DNA from: Azolla caroliniana
Taxonomy: Eukaryota; Plantae; Polypodiophyta
DNA: 64,000 nucleotides
Assembly (NCBI GenBank): GCA_043228905.1
Contig: JBHGNT010000003.1
Span: 17,608,001-17,672,000 of the forward strand
Reading direction: 5' to 3'
The first letter of the stretch is position 1, and each line of letters begins with the position of its first letter. A model generated the notes under the pieces. That model did not search any database, was not told where the DNA came from, and saw only the letters and a list, made by a program, of their open reading frames with translations. This document shows, one piece after another, positions 1 through 12,045 of this stretch. A program made the translations under genes and the position numbers.

Positions 1-95
1 AAGTCCTCTACATAAATTATAATGATCAACTGTCCTCTAGAATCGTTCCAGACGAACATAGAATTATCAAACATGGTCATTTTAAATCTGATTTG

Positions 96-560
96 GTGAA
101 GATACTTAGAAGAATAGTGCTCGGACACAACCGAGTCTTAATCACTCAATGGAAGAAAATAGAAAAAAAGGGAATAAGACGACATAGGATGTTAATGTGG
201 AAAACCTTAAAAGGGAAAAACCACGGGAGCCCACAGACTCCAACTATCACTATGAGAGTAATGATACAATGGGAGACTCAGAGGCAACGACCTCAAGCTC
301 TGTCTTCGCCAACCGGTGGTTACAACAGAAAATTGTCTGTCTCTCTCGGTCTCATTCTCTCTCTGTGTATACAATAATAATGAATACAACAACCTTATGA
401 ACACTATTGCCCTAGTTATATTTATAGTCATATAACTTATGGGATAGTTATAAATATGACCTCAACGGTCACGTCTAAACATATTTATCAATATGTTCCT
501 ATTTGTTGGTTCATACCGGATCCAGCCGGATTCCTTCCGGATCCATCCGGTCTGGTTCCT
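96..560 (-). mobile_element. Truncated Copia LTR (Tnt1/Tork-like group)
   Basis: Similar to the LTRs at 16363-17117 and 52786-53333 (ctcggacacaaccgag, gtggaaaacc..gggaaaaaccacgg, gaggcaacgacctc, ccctagttatatttata = minus-strand TATA); ends approximate. Confidence 0.7.
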
Positions 561-569
561 TCATCATGA

Positions 570-3336
570 TCGGTACAAGTGCGATACAAGTGTGAATCAG
601 TCCGGATGGGGCATGTACGTACATGGCTATGACCGGAGAAATGAAGAAGGACTCCAGAAGATGGAGGATGAGCTACGGTCTACATCAATCATAAAAGAAG
701 ACGAAGAAATCATGGGAGTAGTCGAAGAAGTGTTCTATGGAAGCATGCTACAACGACTTGAAGAGCTTGCGAAAGAGAATAGCCAAGAAGATCGTGTAGT
801 TCCGTGGAATCGGTCGAGATGTACGAGATCATTGCGGAAATGGGGCTGGATGTGCTCTGCAAAGAAGAAGCAATGGTGTGTACGAAATACAAGACCGTGG
901 AAAAGAAGGTGAAACCGTATGCGGGACCATTACCCGCCAATAGTGAACAAAAGAGGAAAGAAGTCTTGGGAGATCCGACACTTCGAAAGTATATGGATAT
1001 CAGACATACCTTCATAAATGAGACCCGGAAGAAACTTCGGATCGGCGGGGATGGGTTCCTCTTACCGGATTATGAAGAACGATTTCATGTGATGTTGGAG
1101 CAGTATGAAAAAGCATTTGTATTCACATCAAGAGAGATAGGGTGTGTTGATTTGAAGATAGTGGAGCCGATGGTGATCTTCATGATTGAACATGTGCCGT
1201 GGAACCTAAAGCCGATTCCAGTGCCCCGGGTGAATATTCCGAAAATCATTGACTTGCTCAAAGAGAAGGTGGCGATGGGGATTCTAGAGCCATCAAATAC
1301 TCCATACTCAAATCAATGGTTTATGGTTCCAAAGAAGAATAGGTCACTCTGGTTTATTCAAGATTTGCAACCGGTGAACAAGTCAGTCCGATAGTGGATG
1401 AATTTGCGGAAGCGTTTGCCGGTCGTGCGATATACTCCATCAGAGACCTATACTCCGGATATGATCAATTTCAACTAGCCCTGGATAGCTGGGATATCAC
1501 TACAATGCAGACACCAATAGGTTTAGTTCGGATGTGTACTCTACCACAAGGAGCGACGAACTCGGTCGCACATATGATGAATGCAATGAACAAGGTGCTT
1601 CAGAACTGCTTTCCATAGATAACAATGTCATTCCGATAAAAGGATGTGCCTTGGAAGAAAAGGATGAGAATATGGATGATCGGGGATGTCGAAAGTTTGT
1701 AGTTGACCATATTCACGATTATGAGAAAGTGCTATAGAAGTTAGAAGACGTGCACTTAACACTCTCCGGAGAGAAATCGACATTCGGACAAGAAGAGATA
1801 CTCGTAGTCGGACATCTATGTGGACCCTACGTCCAGAGATCATCACCAATCAAGATAATTGCGATTCAAGCTATGAAAGAAATATATGTGATTCACAATC
1901 TGAAGCTCGTAGGTTTCTTGGTGCATGTGCATTTTATCACATATGGATTCCGCAGTATGCACACATTGCAGACCCACTCTATCACTTGCTGCGGAAGGGG
2001 AAGAAGTTCGAATGGAGACCGGAACATACCAAAGCCATGAAGAAACTCAAGAAAATACTACGGAGGGCAGAAGCACTTAAGAAGTCGAGCTATGACCGAC
2101 CGATCATACTAACGGTTGATACAAGTCCAACTAGGATTGAATGGGTCATCAATGAAGTCGACTCAGATGGTTCACGATATCCAATTCGATTCGGAATAAA
2201 GGTTCTCAACGAAAGGGAACACGGATATGAACAAGTTAAAAGAGACTTATGGGGACTTGTGTCGGCAATAAGATCAGATCGGGATTATTGATCGGAGCCG
2301 AAGTAGTGATCGAAACAGATTGTCTTCCGATACTCGGGATGATACGATGTTGCACGATACCGGATGTGGCTATGCTAAAATGGATTGCATATGTAAAGTC
2401 ACTTAATCCAGATGTATGACACATCTCGGGAAAAGACAATGCAGTAGCGGATATGTTATCAAGGGCCCGGTTTGAAGATGACATAGTCGAATCGGATAAT
2501 GAAGAAGTTTCTGAAGTTTACTTTACTTCGGAGCACATATGTAGGGTAAATGTAATTCGGGAGTTCCGGGAAGCAGATCGCACAATGCACAGTTCCGTGA
2601 TTGGATATATGCCACCGGAACTTATGACTGGACAAGGTCCAGTAATGCCTACGGAAACCGCAATTGCGAGATGGACAGTGCTACCATGGAAGGAAGAGAT
2701 GAACCGAGAAGAACTACTAGCGGTTCGGATGTGACAACTAGAAGGAAAACCGGAAGACGTAATGGAAGTGGTACACCGACAACAAGAAGCACGATTTCGG
2801 AACAAATGTCGATTCGACGAAAGGCACCATCTACGACCATGGAAGATTGAAGAAGGAGATTGGGTGATAGTCTATGACAACAATTTGGATCATCAACACA
2901 ACTCCGTACGGAAATTTGCTAAAAGGTGGTTCGGTCCATACGAAGTTCGAAAGGTATTTGACAATGGAACTTACTGACTATGTGAGCTAGATGGAACAAT
3001 ACTTCAAGTGTTTATAACAGGAAAACGAGTGAAAGTTTTCAAGAAGCGAAGTGACATCGAACCCTGTGTAACTTTACGCAACACCAACAGAGAGGAGCAA
3101 GCAGATATGGATCATGAAGAAGCGGGAAGCGAAGAAAGTGGGCTGAAATTAATAGTCGACATAGTGGGAGAATCGAAGAGTGCAACGGAGGAAGAAGGGT
3201 AACGAGTACTTAAAATTTCGGCACGTACAGGAGGATGTGCAGGTTCGGAGGGGGTGAATGTCGTAGTATATTTCTTATACTACGTGAAGTATATACGGAG
3301 TACCTGATTAACTAAGTATAAAGAAATAGGAGAAAT
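570..3336 (+). mobile_element. Degenerate Ty3/Gypsy pol (RT, RNase H, integrase C-terminus), PPT and start of 3' LTR
   Basis: ORF fragments WFMVPKKN..FIQDLQPVN, DLYSGYDQ..LPQGATNS (RT); LTVDTSP..RYPIRFG (RNase H); KFAKRWFGPYEV (IN GPY motif). PPT-like ggagggggtgaa is followed by TG at 3259; the LTR is interrupted at 3337. Confidence 0.9.
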
Positions 3337-4092
3337 TGTGAAAGTTAATATGTGGAAACTTTGAGAAAACCTGTTACACTGAATAGTAATAGAGAATAAA
3401 CATAGGTTTAATGGAAGCTTAGAATACACAGTTCACGGGAGAGACAAAGAGAGTAGAATAGCATAAAATCAATTAAAAAATAATAACCCTCAGTACATAC
3501 AATGTGCTCAGTGAGCACTTTTATACAAGTCCTTAAAAAGGCATGACATAAGTGCTGACAAGTACTTCAATGCTCATACGAGCGACTGACGTTGACTCCT
3601 AAAAATATGCCTACATACTAGGCTAGATTCGTAGGCCTCTAACGTCCTATCGGTTACAATCCGGTCCGGCCCCTGCATCTGGATACCATCCAAACTACGA
3701 TCCGGTTCTTCATTCTGGACTCCGATCTGGCTCTCGCTTGTTCGGCCGATCTCGATCCGGTTGAGCTTTTCTGGTCAACACTCCCCCTCAAGCTCAACTT
3801 GAGGTCGGATCGCAGTGTCAGTGGTAGTCGGGCCTCTCCTCTGGCTCCTCATGGCGTCCTCTTGCCTAGCTTGCACTCTTCGTCTAGTCTGGTTCTGCTT
3901 CCTGCGACCCGGCCGGTCCCGCTCTCATCGACCTTCTCCGTCGGCTTGTTTGCTCATCAGGCCCTTCTCAGCTCCTTTGTTGTTGCAACTTCAACGCTCG
4001 TCGATCCGTCGGTCCCTCCGTGTCGATGTTGAAATCTGTTGCCTCCTCGTCCTTTTGGCCTTGAGTTGATCTGGCTCATTTGGCTCATCCGG

Positions 4093-5130
4093 CTAATCCG
4101 AATCAACCATCTCTTCCGAATCAGCTGCATCTAATTCGTTCCAGCTCATGTCCGAATTGGTTGTCTCGAATTCATCTTTACCCTTTAGGCCCTTCACCAT
4201 GTCGAACCACGTCCTTGTGTTGGCTTTCTCGTTCCAGTCGGCTCTGTCCTTCTTAACTCTGCCTTTGTCGCCGCTTGTTTCGACTTGTTCGGATGTGCCG
4301 ACTTCTTCAATCGACTCATTTCGGTCGGCTTTGTTCATCTTGACCCCGCCGCCACTACCAATTGTTCCGACTTGTTCGGATGTGCCAACTTCTTCAGTCG
4401 ACTCAACTCCGTTTTTCTTCTTGTCTCGCCTTGATTGTCCGATGCCATTTCCTGCTTTCCCAATTTCCGTTTCGATTCTGGTTCTCCCCTTCAAGTGCGG
4501 CATGTCGAGATGCTGAAGACCAAGCATCTCCGAAAAATGTTGCAACTTGTCGGTTCCAAGGGCCTTCGTGAAGATGTCGACAACCTGCTGATCTATCCAG
4601 ATATATCGGAGTTTTACTTCACCGTTGAGGACTCGCTTGAGCACAAAGTGATAATGCACTTCTATGTGCTTCGTCCGAGCATGGAACATAGGGTTCTTGG
4701 CCAGCTGCATGCTGCTCATGTTGTCGTAGTAGATTGGGATTGGAGTCGTTACTTCGATCCGGAGGTCTTGCAACAGCCGCCGAAGCCAGATGGCTTCATA
4801 GGTGGCAATGGTAGCTCCACGGTACTCAACCTCAGTGTTCGATAGAGCCATTGTCGGCTGCTTCTTGCTGCTCCACGCAACAGCTACGCTACCAATAAAG
4901 AACATGAATCCGGAAGTGGACCACCGATCCGACGCATCTCCATTCAAGTTGGCATCCATATATCCAACTAGCATTTCGGTTATACCGTGTTGGTATAACA
5001 GTCCTCGATCCTTAGTGCCGCTAACATACCTCAGTATTTGGTGCGCGCACTGAAGGTGCTTCATGGTTGGCTTTTGCATGAATTGGTTGATTGCTCCGAC
5101 CGGATAGATAATGTCGGGTCGAGTGATCAT
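4093..5130 (-). pseudogene. Copia RT C-terminus/RNase H fragment fused to a charged 3' extension
   Basis: TRPDI, WSSKKQ, EVEY, ARTKHIEVHYHF and DIFTKAL motifs, then a K/E/G/S-rich tail. Confidence 0.85.
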
Positions 5131-6402
5131 GGAATAGATAAGGCTTCTGACAATTTGTCAGAACCGTTTCTCATCGCAGGCCGGTTCGGAGTTTTGGTCC
5201 AGGGGTGTGGAGACTGGTCGACCATCCTTCATGCCGAACTTTTACAGCATATTCAGTACATAATGTCGTTGTGAGAGCAATATGCCATCCGGGGTATGGA
5301 TCACTTCGATCCTGAGGAAATAATGAAGGTCCCCCATGTCCTTCATTTCGAATGCATCCGACAATTGGGATTTCACTCGGCTGATTTCAGCAAGTCCGGG
5401 TCCGGTGATGACTAGATCGTCTACATATAGCAGAATACGTACCGGACCTTCCAGACGGTTCTGGATGAACAATGAAGAATCCAACTTCGAGGCCGTAAAC
5501 CCCATCTTACGCAACCAATGCGCGATCTTCGAATTCCAAGCACGGGGGGCTTGCTTCAAGCCGTAAACCGGGGGGTTGGATAATGTACACCTGTTCTTCA
5601 AGGTTACATTGAAGAAATGCATTCTTCACATTCATTTGCTGAAGATGCCACCCCATTGACGCAGAAACTGCTAGCACCACACGAACCATCGTCATCTTCG
5701 CTACCAGGGTGAAGGTATCATCGTAGGAGATTTCGTGGGTGTGCGCGTATCATTTTGCCACTAACCGGGCCTTGTACCGGTTGACCGAACTGTCAACATT
5801 ATACTTTACCTTGTACACCCACTTGCAACCGATTGGTTTGCAATGTCAGGGAGGGTCAACCAGGTCCCATGTGTTGTTGGCATCGAGTGTTGCATCTCTT
5901 CCTCCATAGCAGCACGCCAATGTGCATCCTTCGCCACTTTTACGTAGCTCTCCGGCTCACCCACTTCTACCACTTTCGTCATGTACGCATAGTGATGCGC
6001 CATGTACTTATTGTATCTGTGTCTTTTTACAGGGTTCTTCTGGCGGGTCAATCCACGTAACTTTTCGTTCGCCGATTGCAAGGCCCCCTTGTCCAACTCG
6101 GACTTTGCTCCCGAAGGTCTGTCTCCGGAGTTGGATTCGCTCCGATCCGACTGTTCTCTTCCGGTGTCGTACTCCGGCATCTTCTTCTTCCCCTTCTCTT
6201 TGCGCGTGAACCGTCTCCTTGGTTCCTTGCATGGGGAAAGCACAACTGAGTCTCCACTACTCGCCAACGCTTCATCTAACTGGTCATTTTGACTCAGTCG
6301 CTCATTCGGCCGACTTAGCTGGAATGAGATCGGACTCTCATCTAGAGTATTGAATCTTTCTTCATCTTCTGCCCGGATCGTTTCTGGCTCACTGGCCTCA
6401 TC

Positions 6403-8178
6403 TTACGGAATTGGGCCGGAGTCGGCCGGAGCCCGTAGAGAGTACCATGATGCTGACTCATCAAATTTGACATCTCCGCTCACTAGAACTTGTTTTGTTC
6501 GAGGGTTATAGCCCTTATAATCCTTTTGCTCATGTGAGTAGCCGACAATGATGCACTTCTCCAACTTCAGGTTCAACTTTCTCCGCTTCTCATATGGTAC
6601 ATGCACATATGAAATGCTATTGAATATCCTTAGGTGCCTTAAATTCGGCGTCCGCCCGAAATACAACTCGTGTGCTGACACCTTATCCCCGATCCGGTTT
6701 TGAATGTAGATGGTCGTTCGGACCGCCTCAGCCCAATAGAGCTTGGGCATGATTTTTTCCTCAAGCATTGTTCGTGCCGCGTTGACAATCAACCAGTTCT
6801 TTCTTTCGGCCACACCGTTTTGTTTCGGTGTGTATTTGGAACTGAATTCTCTCCGAATTCCCATCTGTTGCAGATAAGTGTTGAATTGGCCGGAAAAGTA
6901 TTCTTTTTTGCCATTTGACCGCAGACACTTGATCTTCGTCTCCGTTTCCCGTTTGACACGACTTTGTTGGTTACGGAAAAAAGAGTCAAAGAGTTCGCTT
7001 TTCTTCTCGATGAGGTAGATCCACGTGTGCCGGCTGTAGTCGTCGATGAAGGAGACGAAATATCGGCTCCCGTCAAGACCAACGTTCTCTGCCGGTCCCC
7101 ATACGTCCGAATGTATTAGATCAAGCTTGTTACCGCCTTGATTTCTTTCAGTGGGGAATGGAAGCCGGTGTTGCTTCCCAAGTTGGCAGGCTTCATAAAT
7201 TTGGGCATTCTGGCCACTAAATTTTGGTAATCCGAAAACAACTTGTTTCGATTGTAGGTCTTGAAGGCTCCGGTAGTTGACGTGGCTGATCCACTTGTGC
7301 CAGAGATCAATGTCCGATTCAATCTTTTCTCCTGTGGCAAACAAGGCGGTGCCGACATCGTTGGTGTCGAGGATGAACATCCTCTCGTCCTGGCGCCCTT
7401 GCGCAATTATCCGTCCTTCTTCCTCGATGAGGCACCCGAGGTGTGTAAACCGCACATGCATCCCCTGGTCGACGACCTGTCCAACGGACACCAGGTTCTT
7501 TGTGATTGTCGGGACGTGAAGCACGTTCATAACCTTCCCCTTTTGTCCGACATGACTCAGGGGAACTTCTCTGACATGTAGTATCAGGTGAGGAGTGTCG
7601 TCTCCAGTTTCAACAACTCCCGGTTGCTCCAACTTTTCTAGAAACGAGAACCACTCTTCATGTCTCGACATGTGGTTAGATGCTCCGGAGTCAACGTACC
7701 ACACTTCCTCTGATCCAGAAGTGATCTTCTTCATGGAGTTCACCTTGTGCTTCATCACGAAGGTTGGACCTTTTCCGGTCTTTCCAGGTCCAGATCCTTC
7801 TGATCCTTCTGCGTAGTGTGAGCTTTGCTGGTTCCCTTGTCTGGCCTTGCCGGATCTGGATTTTTCTGAATCGATGCACTTCTGCCAGTAGTAGCTCTCA
7901 CGGTGGCCTTTCTTGCCAGAATACCAGCATTCCGTGTCGGTCTTCCCTTGCTGGTTTCTGGCACCGCTTTGACTCCCCCTGCTCGTGGAGGGTGCGGAAC
8001 TGTTGTCGACACTATCTCTGTGCCTCCGATTCTGCTCTTGTCGGCCGCCTCCATTGCATGCCGACCCACCTCGTTCGCCATGAACACGAGGCCGATCCGC
8101 CTCTGTGTACAACATCTGATTGTTCGATTGAGTGGTCCGTGATCCACTTGCATGGTTTTCTTCGACCATCAGAATCAA
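6403..8178 (-). pseudogene. Copia gag knuckle-protease-integrase ORF fragment
   Basis: WYVDSGASNHM (protease), LWHKWISH..ACQLGKQ (GAG-pre-integrase), IHSDVWGP, FIDDYSR, QNGVAERKN. Confidence 0.9.
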
Positions 8179-8208
8179 TTGCAGGTCAAAGAAGGATGGT
8201 GGCTTCTC

Positions 8209-8706
8209 CTAGGTGCAAATTATCTTCCGGATTGGCCCGTACCGGTGTGCTAGACCACCGAGGCAAATTTGGACCATCTCGTCCTCGTCCATTGTCACAT
8301 TGATGGACTCAAGCGCGTCGCAGATCTCCTTGATCTTGGTGGTGTAGTCGGTGACCGACATGTCTCGTTGCTGGATATTGTTGAGCTCTTGCCGGAGGTG
8401 CAACTTCTGAGTCGTGGTACTTGCGGCGAAAATCTTCCAAAGATTTTCTGAGGCCTCCTTTGATGATTTTTCATCTCTGATGTAGCCAAGCATCTGGTCG
8501 TGCACACAAGACGTGAGGCAATACAACATTCTGCTTGCTCCTTGCTCCCATACCGGGAAGTCCTTGTGTGCTGAATCCGGCACTACTTCACTCGCTCCTT
8601 CCACGTAGCTCCAATATCCATGCCCCAACAGGTATTGGTGCATTTTATAGGACCAGGACGCATAGTTGCTCCGGTGGAGCTTTTCTGTTGGAAGCAAGCT
8701 CACCAT
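8209..8706 (-). pseudogene. Copia gag N-terminal (UBN2-type) fragment
   Basis: EKL..SNYASW.YKM..YL.G.GYW, shared with the gag copies at 15407 and 58310; lies just downstream of the PBS. Confidence 0.85.
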
Positions 8707-9190
8707 GCTTCTATCTATACCTTCCTTCTTGTTCTTTACCGGGTGTTAGGGTTTACCTGTGAGCATCAATTGTCGGCAGTAGAGGATTCTCAACCCTCGT
8801 GCTCTGATACCATGTGAAAGTTAATATGCGAAAGCTTTGACAAAACCGGTTACATCAATAGCAACAGATAATAAACATAGGTTTAATGGAAGCTTAGAAT
8901 ACATAGTTCATGGGAGAGACAGAGAGAGGCGAATAGAATAAAATCAATTAAAAAATAATAATCCTTTGTACATACAATGTGCTCAGGGAACACTTTTATA
9001 CAAGTCCTTAAGAAGTACTGACAAGTACTTCAATGCTCATACGAGCAACTAACACTAACTCCTAAAAATATGCCTACACCCTAGGCTAGATTCGTAGGCT
9101 TCTAACGACCTGACGGTTACAATCCGATCCGGCTCTTGGTTCTGGACACCAATCCGGTTCTTCGTTCCAGAGTCTGATCCGGCTCTGGCT

Positions 9191-9780
9191 TGTTAAAATA
9201 ATTATGTTACATGCATAGAGCAAGATTCGAACTTATACCTCCATGTTAACAATTCCAAGCCTTACCATTGTATTAACATTATAAGCATTAAAATTATATA
9301 AAACTTTATCCCACATAAATATTCTAGATAAACATGATAGAGAAAGTTATCCATGCATACACACTCGAGTTATATGAAAAAGTATGATAGAAAAAGCTAA
9401 TCATGCACATGTAGTGTGCATGAACATTTGAGTTAAAGAAAATGCATTATAGGAAAAGCTAATCATGGACATGTAGTGTGCATGAACACTTAAGTTAGAA
9501 AAAGGCATGATACTTGCATGTGGTAAAAATAGACTCTCCCATCACTATATAAGGATGGGGGAGCAAATTGTAAGTGGTTGTTGTCCATTTTTTGGGTTTC
9601 TAAATATTGATTGAATACATTATATATGGGTGTTTCATGATTTTCTTCTATCTCTCTTCCAATTTATTGAAAAGTTTGGATTGGTTTCTTTGATTCTTAA
9701 TACTAATTATTCTAATTCATTATACTCATGAAGTTCACGAGATTCCTACCTTCCTCTTTCATATTCTTATTAGCCTTAAA
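9191..9780 (+). mobile_element. LTR with an antisense tRNA-like cassette and about 62-bp internal repeats
   Basis: Starts TGTTA where the Copia LTR breaks off; TATA-like ctatataagg at ~9545; three diverged copies of gatagaaaaagctaatcatgca.. at ~9335-9510; right end uncertain, no TSD found. Confidence 0.6.
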
Positions 9781-10932
9781 CTTCTCCTCCTCGTAGCCCA
9801 AAACTCCAACGGTTCCCACCCGACTCATGCAACGATCTAGCACTGAAAGGCACGACACCGGATCCCTCAGAGCATGCAAGGTCGAACAGAACAAAACACC
9901 AAAAATAAAACCCAAAAATGGAACCCCACAATCGAAAGAGGGAGAGAAAATGAAAAAAAAGGGGAGCCCTTAACAAGAGACCCCTCCCTCCTTTTATAAT
10001 GCAAGGAGGGAAGGACGTTACAATGTGGGACAAATAATCCTCTTTTTTCAGAGGAGATATTTGCCTCGATTTCCGAAGAAGTACATTTAAACCCCTCTCT
10101 TTCACACTTCCCCACTACCCTCTACATAGACATTGTTAGAATTTTAAAAAATTGAGGGTATAATACATAATTTAAAAAAGTCATTAACGTGGAGAAAATA
10201 GACGAGATCAACTCACAATAACTCACAAAATAAAAGGAAGAACACACATACACACAACGTGATTTTGGACCCATAACAAAGTTCGTGAACCGACAAATCG
10301 GGAATGTTCATGTCGAGGAAGATTCGCTGACCGAAGGAAATATTTGAGTCGAGCGTTTCGATCGAGGGAGTCGATCGATGAGAAGGCTGATGAAGTTTTC
10401 GGTCAAATAGAGATGATGATCGAGACTCGTGGGTTCAACGTGCAAGGCACTGTCTCACGGGCGTGCCATAATGTGTTACCGTACGGGATGTACGGAGAGT
10501 TGAGTGAGGGTGAAGAAACTTAATGTTGTTGTATGTATGTGTAACGTATACGATTATGAGTGTGAATGTAAGTGTGTGTGTGAGTGGATAGATAAGAAGA
10601 GGTGTGAGTGAGTGACTAGTGTGAATGGCCAAGGAGTCTTGCACCCCTATGTATCTACCCCCTCTTGTAACTATTTAATCCCCTCTCTCTTATTCTCTCT
10701 CTCTCTTAGACACCTTTTCTCTTCTCTCTCCCTCTCTCACGTTGAACCCCCTTAGGAGGGGGGGTGGAGCCATTCTAGGCACCACCCCCCACCCCACAAT
10801 GTTTCTCAATGCTCACCCCTACCCTGCAAAGCTTCTCAATGCACATCGCAATCACGCCATGAGCACCCGCAATGCTAAGCATCACCACACCCCACTATCA
10901 TCGTCATCAACCCCAACCCTAAACCTACAACA
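9781..10932 (-). mobile_element. LTR-like segment, probably containing a nested solo LTR (10134-~10710)
   Basis: Minus-strand TATA (cttttataa, ~9991-9999); ..caaca end at 10932 abuts Copia integrase sequence; the inner insert starts TG at 10134 with possible TSD gacat/gacac. Confidence 0.4.
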
Positions 10933-12045
10933 GGGAATGCATACGATTGGGATCGAGCCAAATATCCGGACATGGGACAAGTTCAGCTTCTTTCCGTAGA
11001 ACTTTTCGTGGGGGGTGATATCATGCACTCTAGATGTCGTGCATCGGTTCATTAGATAGACAACCGTGTTTGCCGCTTTAGCCCAATACGATTTCGATAG
11101 GTTCTTTTCACACATCATTGCTCTCACCACCTCCAATATATGGCGATTTTTACGTTCCGCTACTCCATTTTGCTAAGGTGTGTATTGACATGAGAATTCT
11201 CGTCAAATTCCTTCCTTTCGGAGGTACACTATAAATTCGTCCGAGAAATATTTCTTGCCCCCATATGATCGAAGGCATCGAATATGCCGACCAGTTGCCT
11301 TTTCGACGTCATTCTTGAACTTTTGGAGGTGTCTGAACACTTCACTCTTTTGCCGCATACGGTAAATCCAGGTATGCTTGGAGAAGTCGTCGATGAACGT
11401 CACATAGTAACGATAACCACCGAATGTTGTCGTCTAGGCCAGTCCCCATACATCTGAATGAACTACATCTAGGATCCCTTTGCTCACGTTCGTCTGTTTC
11501 GGGAAAGATTATCGGTGTTGTTTACCGAATTGACAGGCTTCACATACACCTACCATCTCCCTTTTGGTAAAAGTTGGGAGTCCGATGACGACTCCTTTTG
11601 TTTGCATCCCTTTGAGCTTTTGGAGATTGATGTGGCCGATTCGTTTGTGCCATAACTCTATCAGTGTCGGCTTCCCGGCCCTAGGCATACATAGCCGATT
11701 TCATCTTGTGAGAGTCGAGGATGAACAATCGACCTTCTCTTTGACCGCGAGCAATAATTCGGCCTTCATCCTTCCTTTTCGATGAAGTTGAACCAAACTT
11801 GCATGCCTTGTTCCACGATCTGGCCGACCGAGACCAGATTCTTCATTATTGTCAGAACATGCAAGACATTTTTATGTAGGTCTGATTCCCTTCTTCGCCA
11901 AATGGGACATTGCCGACATGTTGAATGGGGTGTATTGTGTCATCCCCGGTTTCAACATAGCTGGGTTGATCGGGTTTTCGAAGTTCTCGAAAACAATCTG
12001 CATGGGACAACATGTGATTTAACACACCCGAATCAACAAACCAAA
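10933..12045 (-). mobile_element. Copia group A protease-integrase fragment (pseudogenised)
   Basis: TFIDDFSKHTWIY, YWAKAANTVVYLMNR, LWHKRIGHI; interrupted at 12046 by an LTR. Confidence 0.9.

Larger units (their letters stand above)
3337..9194 (-). mobile_element. Ty1/Copia element, near full length, degenerate (group A, copy 1)
   Basis: 3' LTR 3337-3780 (TG..CA); PPT at 3781-3790; PBS TGGTATCAGAGC (tRNA-iMet) at 8801-8812; 5' LTR 8813-~9194 truncated by another LTR; domain order gag-PR-IN-RT-RH. Confidence 0.95.
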
